Source of the DNA: Terrimicrobiaceae bacterium
GTDB taxonomy: Bacteria; Verrucomicrobiota; Verrucomicrobiia; Chthoniobacterales; Terrimicrobiaceae
Direction: 5' to 3'
Assembly (NCBI GenBank): GCA_041752695.1
Contig: JBGSVZ010000009.1
Location: 1-64,000 of the forward strand
DNA length: 64,000 nt
How positions within the stretch are numbered: position 1 is the stretch's first letter; every line of letters starts with the position of its first letter. The notes under the pieces were generated by a model. The model had not been told where the DNA came from. It ran no database searches and was given only the letters and a program-made list of their open reading frames with translations. Shown one piece after another: positions 56,883 through 64,000 of this stretch. A program made the position numbers and the translations under genes.

Positions 56883-57891
56883 CTGCCAGCATCTCATCCG
56901 CCGCCCGGGAACACCCGCGCGGCAGCGCAGCGGGATCGCGGCCGAGTAGCTCGAATCCCGCACCCCGCCGGACGGCAAGGTCGCGGGTTTGCAGCACACA
57001 GCAGGATCCGACATTGGCGAGGTCAAAAATCCGCAATACCCCGGTTTCGCCTTCGGCCACTTCGCGATCCGTCTCGGGATCCAAGACAAGCGCCCTCACC
57101 CAAGGGGCGCCGTTATGCGGCCGCCCCAGCCCGTTCGTGTAAAATTGCGAACTCAACTCGGTCATGCCGTATTCATTCCAGACCGCTTCCGGCGGCAATC
57201 CCAGCCGCGCTTCGAACAAAGCGTAAAGATCCGCCTTGGGCAGATCCCGCCGCGTTCCTTTGTAGCCACCGGTCTCCACCGCAAGGGAGCCAGAGGGAAG
57301 AGCAAACCGGCTTTCTCCCAACCCTGCAAAAAAGTCGAGAAATGCCAGAGCGGTGCCGAAGAGTAAAAGCGGACGTTCCGCCGCGGCAATGCGGGCGACA
57401 AGATCTTCCCAACGGCCGAGAAAAAAATTCTCCGGAGGCGACAGCCACGCTGCCATGCAACTGAGCGAGGAGTGCGGGGCCTCGTCCGGCGTGGGCAGGA
57501 GGCAAAGGGTTTCGAGGGTGGGCAGACCGGCATGTTTCCATCCCCCCAAAGCCGCCCCCCGGTAGAGTTCCAGCGTCATGAGATCGTGGACACCATGCCC
57601 CTCACCCGTCGTTCCGCTGGTGTGAAAGGAACGCACGATTTCGTCCGGCGGAAAACACCGGATGGCCGCATGACGGAACGCCGACAGCGGCAGCGCGGGA
57701 ATCTCCCGCCAGCACTCGGGATCAGGCAACGCGGCGCAATAGGCTCCATAGGCCGGACAATATTGCCGCTGCACCCTGTGGGCCTTCATCAGCAGGTCCC
57801 CGAAATCGCCTTGCTTGTCCCGAATGAAACCCAGAGTATTTTCCGCCAATGCAGCCAGCGCGTCATAGTGGCCTGATTTCTGCTTGCTCAT
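56845..57891 (-). CDS. LuxE-like acyl-protein synthetase
   Basis: F.TSGTT, ETGGYKG, EYGMTELSSQ.Y, DLANV.S....T.DL, RGCS. Confidence 0.85.
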   Translation of the reverse strand: MSKQKSGHYDALAALAENTLGFIRDKQGDFGDLLMKAHRVQRQYCPAYGAYCAALPDPECWREIPALPLSAFRHAAIRCFPPDEIVRSFHTSGTTGEGHGVHDLMTLELYRGAALGGWKHAGLPTLETLCLLPTPDEAPHSSLSCMAAWLSPPENFFLGRWEDLVARIAAAERPLLLFGTALAFLDFFAGLGESRFALPSGSLAVETGGYKGTRRDLPKADLYALFEARLGLPPEAVWNEYGMTELSSQFYTNGLGRPHNGAPWVRALVLDPETDREVAEGETGVLRIFDLANVGSCCVLQTRDLAVRRGAGFELLGRDPAALPRGCSRAADEMLAAIPQTPTPGWPE

Positions 57892-57951
57892 CGGATTATG
57901 GCAGAATTGTCACACACGGTTCCCCCGATTTCCAAGTAAAGAGGTTCTGAG

Positions 57952-60801
57952 ATGGTTCGGGTGTTTTTGGTCATGGGTGTTTCGTTCTGCTGCGCATTGG
58001 CGGCGGCTCACGCGCAACCTGCCGCCTCGGCCAACGACGCCAATCTCACCGCCGAGGAACTTTCCGTCAACGCCAGCCAGCTCTACGCCGCGGGGAAATA
58101 TCAGGAAGCCGCCGACAAATACCGCGCGTTCATCAGCGCCTACGGCAAAGCCAAGGAGGCGCAGGCCGCCGTCCGCCTCATGCGCTACCCCCTGGCCATG
58201 AGCCTGCTGCAGTTGCAAAAATTCTCCGACGCGCAGGAAGCGATCACGGAAGCCCTGGCCAACGACCCGCCCATCGCCCAGCAGGAAAAGCAGGACCTAA
58301 CATTTTGGAAAGGCGTCTGCGAGATGCAGGACAAGGATTACGAGGCCGCCCGGAAGTCCTTCGAGCAATTTCTCGCGCTCTTCCCCCCCGGTTCGGAACG
58401 GAGCCCGAACTACCTCGCGCAATTTCCCGCCGCTCAAAAAATTCCCGAAGCGAAACTCCTGATCGGCACTGCGTTTCTGCTCGATGAGAAATACAACGAG
58501 GCCGCGGAATACCTCGTCGGAACGAAACCCAGCCTCACGCCCTCCAACCGCGGCCGCGCCGCCGTGCTGGAACTCTATGCCCTTCTCGAAGCCAACGAAG
58601 AGGACAAAGCAATGGCCCTCGTCGAGAAAGAATATCCGCGCATGGGCGATCTTCTCCAACTCGTCACCTTTCAGACTCTCACCCTCGAACTTGGCTCCCG
58701 CTATCTTGAGAAAAAGGAACTTCGCAAAGCCATCATCGCCCTGCAACGGATCTGGTCCGCTGAGCGTCTCCTCCGTCATCAGGAAAGCCGCCTCGCCGAT
58801 CTCACCTCAAAGCTCCAGGCCGCCGAAGCCAATCCCGTCGGAGACCCCTATCTGAAATTCCAGCTCGGCCAGATGATCGCCAAGGTGAAACGGGAAGTGG
58901 AAACGTTTCAAAAAATCCCCAACTTCGATTCCGCCCTGCGCCTTCGGCTCGCGACCGCCTACCAGGGCATGAAGCGCTACCGCGAGGCCGCCCTCATCAT
59001 GGAGGCCATGCTCAACGAAATGCCAGCCGACCCGGTGGTGGAATCCGCCAGCGTGAATCTCGTCCAGTCGTGGAATCAGATCGAACGCTGGCCCAAGGCC
59101 ATTGAAGCCGCGCAGATCTTCGGGGAAAAATTCCCCAAGTCCCCCAGCGTGCCGCTCGTGCTCTATCTCCAGGGCATCGCCGAACAAAAGGATCTGCGCT
59201 ACAACGACGCCGTCGCCACGTTTGAGACGATCACGAAAAAATTCCCAAAGTCCGAGTTCGCCCCCCGCGCTCAATTCATGGAGGGCTTCTCGCTCCTCCT
59301 TGCCGAACGCAACAAGGAGGCCATCGCCGCCTTTGAAGAATTCCCCAAGGCCTATCCCGACCACGAGATGCGCGAATCCGCGGCCTACTGGCGCGGCATG
59401 GCGTATTCCCTCGACAAACAATACGTCCGCTCCCGCGAGGTGATGGACGAATACCTGGCCAAATACCCCGACGGTCTGCACCGCGGGGACGCCGATTTCC
59501 GCAAGGCCTACTGCGCCCAGCAACTCGAGGATTACGCCACCAGCATCAAGGAACTTTACACCTTTCTGCGCAAACACCCCGGCCACGAAAACATCGCCGA
59601 GGCCCGCGTCCTTCTCGGCGACGCCCTGATGAACGAAGGCCGCATGGACGAAGGCATAGCGGCCTTTGCCGGCATCCCCAAAACCGAGCCCCGCTTTTAC
59701 GAGGAAGGCGTCTTCAAGGTCGGCAAGGCTTACAAACTCATGGAGGAATACGGCAAACTGCGCGACCACATGACCGACTTCGCCGCCGTGAGCCCGCGCA
59801 GTCCGCGCGTGGCCGAGGCCATTTACAATATTGGCTGGGTGTATCGTCAGGAAGGGGACACGGCCAAGGCGCGCGACGTGTATTGGAACGCCATCAGCGA
59901 ATACGGGGACGACGCGGAGATCCGTTCCGTGGACGATCTTTTTCCCGCCTTGGGCAAACTTTACAAAGGCCCCGAGGAAACCGCCCAATACCTGGCCCGC
60001 CTGCGCGATCTCCGCGAAGAGGCTGCCACCGAAAAGAAAAACACCCTCGCCATGCGCGCCCTCTGGGCCCAGGCCTTCGCCCAACGCAAATCCGACCCCG
60101 CCCGCGCCCAGGAACTCCTGCTCGAAGCCGCCCCGCTGGCCAACGTCCAAACCACCAATCCGCTCCTCCTCGCCGATTTCGCCGGGGCCTACATGGCCAC
60201 TGGCCGCGACAAGGAAGCCGAACAGATGTGGCGCGACCTCGTAAAGTGGAATCCGCGCGCCCCGCAAAAGGACCGCGCTTTTGCCGCCCTTGGGATGCTG
60301 GAACTGGAACGCGGCAACGAGAAGGCCGCCCTCGCGTATTTCGACCGCTTCGAACGCGAGACGATGGGGTCGGTTATTTTCGGCAAGACCCTTCTCGCCA
60401 AAGCCCAGTTGCTGGATTCCCGCGGTCTCTACCCCGATGCCCGCAAGACCCTCGAAGCCGTCCTTGCCAGCACCTCCTCCACCGGACAGGAAAAAGCCGA
60501 GGCCCTCTTCCGCATCGGCGACATCTACATGCGCGAAGGCAAACCCCAGCTCGCCGTGCCCTACTTCCAACGCATCTACGTCATGCACGGCCGCTGGCGC
60601 GACTGGGTCGCCCGCGCTTATCTCCGCAGCGGCGAGGCCTTCGAAAAACTTAAGGACGACCTTAGCGCCCGCCGCACCTACCAGGAACTTTCGGAAAAAG
60701 AAGAACTCGCCGACCTCCAGGAAACCGCCCAGGCCCGCAAACGCCTCGAAGCCCTCGGAGGCCCCCTCCCCAAAGCCGAACCCACCCCCGCGCAAGGATG
60801 A
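57952..60801 (+). CDS. Large exported tetratricopeptide repeat protein
   Basis: Signal peptide; repeated ..FP.S..A..A.(Y/F)..G helical-hairpin units. Confidence 0.88.
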   Translation: MVRVFLVMGVSFCCALAAAHAQPAASANDANLTAEELSVNASQLYAAGKYQEAADKYRAFISAYGKAKEAQAAVRLMRYPLAMSLLQLQKFSDAQEAITEALANDPPIAQQEKQDLTFWKGVCEMQDKDYEAARKSFEQFLALFPPGSERSPNYLAQFPAAQKIPEAKLLIGTAFLLDEKYNEAAEYLVGTKPSLTPSNRGRAAVLELYALLEANEEDKAMALVEKEYPRMGDLLQLVTFQTLTLELGSRYLEKKELRKAIIALQRIWSAERLLRHQESRLADLTSKLQAAEANPVGDPYLKFQLGQMIAKVKREVETFQKIPNFDSALRLRLATAYQGMKRYREAALIMEAMLNEMPADPVVESASVNLVQSWNQIERWPKAIEAAQIFGEKFPKSPSVPLVLYLQGIAEQKDLRYNDAVATFETITKKFPKSEFAPRAQFMEGFSLLLAERNKEAIAAFEEFPKAYPDHEMRESAAYWRGMAYSLDKQYVRSREVMDEYLAKYPDGLHRGDADFRKAYCAQQLEDYATSIKELYTFLRKHPGHENIAEARVLLGDALMNEGRMDEGIAAFAGIPKTEPRFYEEGVFKVGKAYKLMEEYGKLRDHMTDFAAVSPRSPRVAEAIYNIGWVYRQEGDTAKARDVYWNAISEYGDDAEIRSVDDLFPALGKLYKGPEETAQYLARLRDLREEAATEKKNTLAMRALWAQAFAQRKSDPARAQELLLEAAPLANVQTTNPLLLADFAGAYMATGRDKEAEQMWRDLVKWNPRAPQKDRAFAALGMLELERGNEKAALAYFDRFERETMGSVIFGKTLLAKAQLLDSRGLYPDARKTLEAVLASTSSTGQEKAEALFRIGDIYMREGKPQLAVPYFQRIYVMHGRWRDWVARAYLRSGEAFEKLKDDLSARRTYQELSEKEELADLQETAQARKRLEALGGPLPKAEPTPAQG

Positions 60802-61823
60802 AGAAGCGAGGTCATTCGTCATTGGTCATCAGTCATTGGTCATTAGTCATTGCCCTCTTTGGGCTCTGCACCCTCCCTTCCTTGGCGCAGACCCCGCCCG
60901 CCCTGGACACGATCTTCCTGCTCCGCGGCGAAAAGATGGCCGCCAAGGTCGTCGGGATCGAAGGTCCTAATATTCGCGTGCAAAGGGCGCTCCCGCCTCT
61001 CCCCGGCGCACCGGCCTCCGCCACCCCCGTCTTTGCCACTGTCAGCATTGCCCGCGCCGAAGTGGACCGCATCGAGTTTGCGCCCGACGAAGCCCGCGAT
61101 CGCAAGCTTGCCGAAGCCACCGTCGCCCAAATCCCCGAAATCGAACTTCTTTGGAAACGCCACGAAGCCTGGCTCGCCGTCCCCAAGTCTCCCGCCGGTT
61201 CGATCGGACTCGCCTACGGCGACCTCCTCCTGCGCAGCGGCGATCCCGCCAATGCCACCAAGGCCCTCGCCCTCTTCCGTCAGATTGAGACCACGACCTG
61301 GAACGACGACAACCTTATGCTGGCCAAACAGGGCCGCCTCCGCGCCATGGTCGCCACAGGCAATGCGAAGGACGCGGTCAAGGAGGCCGCCGAACTCGCC
61401 AAGCTCTCCGAGGACCCCGCCGTCCTCGTCGAAGCCAACTACATCCTCGCCGAAGCCGCCGATAAAGGCCTCCGCAAACTCATCGCCGAAAACCCGCGCT
61501 GGGAGGAGGACGTCTTTGTCATTCCCGAGCGCCACCGCCTCTACAACGACGCCCTCGACCTCTACCTCCACCCTTACCTTTTCTTCGGCTCCGAGACTGA
61601 TGCCGCCGCGCGCGGACTTTGGGGTGCCACCGGGGTTTACGAATTCACCGGCGACCCGGCCCACGCCGCGGAACTGGCCCGCGACCTTGTTGCCATCTAC
61701 CCCGGCACGAAATACGCCACCCTAGCTCAAAAATTCCTCGATGGCCTGCCGGCGGAGATCCGCCAGCAGGACAACGAAAAAGAAGCCCGCGCCGACGCCG
61801 AACCACCCTCAAAAAAACCATGA
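60798..61823 (+). CDS. Exported hypothetical protein with TPR-like C-terminus
   Basis: ATGA overlaps with both neighbours; signal peptide; L...YP.T.YA tail. Confidence 0.8.
   Translation: MKKRGHSSLVISHWSLVIALFGLCTLPSLAQTPPALDTIFLLRGEKMAAKVVGIEGPNIRVQRALPPLPGAPASATPVFATVSIARAEVDRIEFAPDEARDRKLAEATVAQIPEIELLWKRHEAWLAVPKSPAGSIGLAYGDLLLRSGDPANATKALALFRQIETTTWNDDNLMLAKQGRLRAMVATGNAKDAVKEAAELAKLSEDPAVLVEANYILAEAADKGLRKLIAENPRWEEDVFVIPERHRLYNDALDLYLHPYLFFGSETDAAARGLWGATGVYEFTGDPAHAAELARDLVAIYPGTKYATLAQKFLDGLPAEIRQQDNEKEARADAEPPSKKP
60811..60852 (+). repeat. Six degenerate GTCATTG heptamers within a signal-peptide coding region
   Basis: GTCATTC GTCATTG GTCATCA GTCATTG GTCATTA GTCATTG. Confidence 0.9.
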
Positions 61824-62629
61824 AAACCAAACTCCTCATCCTCGCGCTGGCCATTGTCGGTCTGGCGTGCCTCACGCCGGTCTTCGCCCAGGACCAAGCC
61901 GCCGCACCCGCTGCCGAAACCGCCAAGAAGCCGCCGAAGGACAAGACCCTCCTCGACACCTTCAACACCGGTGGCCCGCTCATGTGGCCCATCCTGCTCT
62001 GCTCCATCGGCACCGCCGCCGTCGCCGTCTATTGCTTCCTCCACATCAACGGCAACAAAATGATGCCCAAGTCCCAGGTCGAAGCCGTCGGCCAATACAT
62101 GCAGGCCCGCGACGCCAGCAGCGCCTACTCGCTTTGCCACAACGCGCCCAACGTCTTCTCCACCACCATGGCTGCCGCCCTGCTCAAAGTGAACTTCGAG
62201 AAGGAAAACGCCAACAAAGCGTCCATGGAACAAGCCGCCGGAGAAACCCTCGCCAACGAGGAAACCAAACTCAACCTCTGGGTCAATTATCTCAACGTCT
62301 TCGCCACCATCGGCCCCATGCTCGGACTGCTCGGTACCGTCACCGGCATGATCGCCAGCTTCGACATGCTGGCCGCGGGCAAATCCGAACCCGCCGATCT
62401 CGCCGGCGGCATCGGCGAGGCCATGATCACGACGGCCGGGGGCCTCTTTGTCGGCATCCCCGCCATGTTCCTCTACTTCTTCTTCCGCAACTCCCTCGCC
62501 ATCCAAATGGGAAACATCCAAAAACGTGTCACCTTCATGCTCGACCTCCTCTCCGGCGAATTGAAACTCCAGGGAGCCAGCGCCGAATACGAACAGGCCC
62601 CTGCCTCAGAAACCGCCCCCACCGCCTGA
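61820..62629 (+). CDS. MotA/TolQ/ExbB proton channel protein
   Basis: GG.LMWPI, GPMLGLLGTVTGMI.SF, LAGGI.EAMITTA.GL.VGIP. Confidence 0.93.
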   Translation: MKTKLLILALAIVGLACLTPVFAQDQAAAPAAETAKKPPKDKTLLDTFNTGGPLMWPILLCSIGTAAVAVYCFLHINGNKMMPKSQVEAVGQYMQARDASSAYSLCHNAPNVFSTTMAAALLKVNFEKENANKASMEQAAGETLANEETKLNLWVNYLNVFATIGPMLGLLGTVTGMIASFDMLAAGKSEPADLAGGIGEAMITTAGGLFVGIPAMFLYFFFRNSLAIQMGNIQKRVTFMLDLLSGELKLQGASAEYEQAPASETAPTA

Positions 62630-62651
62630 ACCTTAAGACGGAAATGCCCTT

Positions 62652-62679
62652 ATCCGTGTTCATCCGTGCAATCCGTGGC
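62652..62679. repeat. ATCCGTG-unit repeat
   Basis: ATCCGTGTTC ATCCGTGCA ATCCGTGGC; related to the CACGAAT units at 9768. Confidence 0.7.
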
Positions 62680-62712
62680 CAGTCTCTGCCTGTAGGCTAA
62701 GCCCTTCACCTC

Positions 62713-63120
62713 ATGCGCTTGCACAAAAAACAGGATGAAGAAGTCGGGTTTCAACTCGCCCCGATGATCGACATGACCTTCCTCCTCCTCGTCTTCTTCA
62801 TGGTCACCACGAAGATCTCCAAGGAGCAGGTGAAAATGGAAATCAAACTCCCCCTCGCCAGCAACGCCGTCATCCCCGCCAACCTCGCCGACCGCGACAT
62901 CATTAGCATCGACGCCCAGGGACAGTATTTTGTGGGTCAGAACCCGATGACCAAAAAAGAACTCACCGCCTATATCAAAGAGCGCTTCAAAAATTTTCCA
63001 CCCCTCCGCCTCTACGTCCGCGCCGACAAAAACACCCCCGGCAAACAAATCAAGGAACTCATGAAAATCGCCAGCGAAGCCGGCGCCCTCAACGTCATCT
63101 TCGGAACCTACCAGGACTAA
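62713..63120 (+). CDS. ExbD/TolR family protein
   Basis: APMIDMTFLLLVFFMV (conserved TM Asp); RADK motif. Confidence 0.92.
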   Translation: MRLHKKQDEEVGFQLAPMIDMTFLLLVFFMVTTKISKEQVKMEIKLPLASNAVIPANLADRDIISIDAQGQYFVGQNPMTKKELTAYIKERFKNFPPLRLYVRADKNTPGKQIKELMKIASEAGALNVIFGTYQD

Positions 63121-63122
63121 CG

Positions 63123-63569
63123 ATGCAAATTCGCCGCAAAGACGTTCAGACCGTGGAAATGCAGATGGGCCCCATGATCGACATGGTGTTCCTTCTCCTC
63201 GTTTTTTTCATGGTCACGGCGAAACCCATCAAGCAGGAAAGCGACATCAACCTCGGCCTGCCGGGCACCGTTTCGCAGGAGGAAACCGTCGATATTCCCG
63301 ACGAACAGCGCATCACCATCCGCGCCGACGGACAGGTGATCCTCAACGAACAGCCGATGGATACCATCGCCAGCGAGGAACTCCCCACCCTTCTCGCGAC
63401 CCTCAAACGATTTAAGGAAGCCGCCGACTCCAACAAAAGCGAGGCCCTGATCACCATCCAGGCCGACGACGGCGCGAAACACCAGCGCATCGTCAATGTG
63501 CTCAACGTCTGCGCCAAAGCCAAAATTACCGGCGTGACCTTCGCCGACGACTCCGAGGAGGAAAGCTAA
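63123..63569 (+). CDS. Second ExbD/TolR family protein
   Basis: GPMIDMVFLLLVFFMV; QADD..KHQ..V.VL..C motif. Confidence 0.92.
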   Translation: MQIRRKDVQTVEMQMGPMIDMVFLLLVFFMVTAKPIKQESDINLGLPGTVSQEETVDIPDEQRITIRADGQVILNEQPMDTIASEELPTLLATLKRFKEAADSNKSEALITIQADDGAKHQRIVNVLNVCAKAKITGVTFADDSEEES

Positions 63570-64000
63570 TGCCCGCAGCCGTCGAAAATATCCTCGATGA
63601 AGACGCCCTCGCGAAAAAGCGGAGGCGCAAGCTCATCATCTCCATCATCATCGGCGCCATCGTCCTCCACCTCATCTTCGGTCTGTTCGCCGGCGTCTGG
63701 GTGATCGCGAAGTATTTCATTCCGCCCCCCGCCACTTTTGAAATTCAGAAGGACATTCGTCTCCCCGCCAAACAGCGCGAACACAAGATGAACATGGCCG
63801 CCTTCGACGCCATGACCCCCAAACCCACTTTCAACGACAAAATGCAGAGCCTGCGCCCGGCCCCATTTTCGCTGCCGGAGCTTCCCAAAATGCCCATGGA
63901 CCAGATGCTCCCACTCGACCCGAGTGCCATCATCTCCGACCAGGTCTCCAGCCTGGTCGGCACCGCCGGAACCGGCGGGGGCGGCCAGGGCGCCGGGGGA
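63569..64000 (+). CDS. Partial single-TM protein with Pro-rich linker (TonB/TolA-like N-terminus), truncated by the window end
   Basis: MPAAVEN...KKRRRKLIISIIIGAIVLHLIFG (TM with His), then Pro-rich and Gly-rich segments; start overlaps the exbD stop. Confidence 0.7.
   Translation, partial: MPAAVENILDEDALAKKRRRKLIISIIIGAIVLHLIFGLFAGVWVIAKYFIPPPATFEIQKDIRLPAKQREHKMNMAAFDAMTPKPTFNDKMQSLRPAPFSLPELPKMPMDQMLPLDPSAIISDQVSSLVGTAGTGGGGQGAGG

Noticed and set aside
56845..57891. Bioluminescence operon
   Set aside because: Only a LuxE-like gene is present; no luxAB, luxC or luxD.

Overview
High-GC bacterial chromosome segment, most consistent with Verrucomicrobia of the Spartobacteria/Chthoniobacterales type (inference from a PEP-CTERM protein, a prepilin/H-X9-DG protein, futalosine-pathway mqnD and an LpxL-WaaF fusion). 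Most of the window is housekeeping: dnaX-ybaB-dcd-crcB, hisBHA, hisC, valS, amidase-murI, prfC, purK, mnmE, pyrD, mqnD, and tRNA-Phe/Gln/Val. Accessory modules: (1) an IS5-family end inserted into a receiver-domain gene, and a decayed ISL3 next to tRNA-Phe; (2) a flavin-halogenase-like / cation:proton antiporter / flavin-halogenase-like cassette with no scaffold genes, next to a tRNA-Gln with a duplicated 3' end; (3) an unusually long DUF1800 protein with CBM-like repeats plus a Tat-exported DUF1501 partner; (4) three toxin-antitoxin-like loci; (5) a LacI-headed, same-strand glycan locus with no transporter gene that encodes a pilin-like H-X9-DG protein, a discoidin-like protein, twin beta-strand-repeat proteins (one PEP-CTERM anchored, one not) and a clan GH-A hydrolase; (6) a TPR-ExbB-ExbD-ExbD-TonB-like operon cut by the window end. 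Short tandem 6-10-mer repeats and GTAG-type REP hairpins are scattered throughout, and several lie inside coding regions (valS, mnmE, hisH) or supply stop codons. All calls come from reading motifs by eye; no database search was run.
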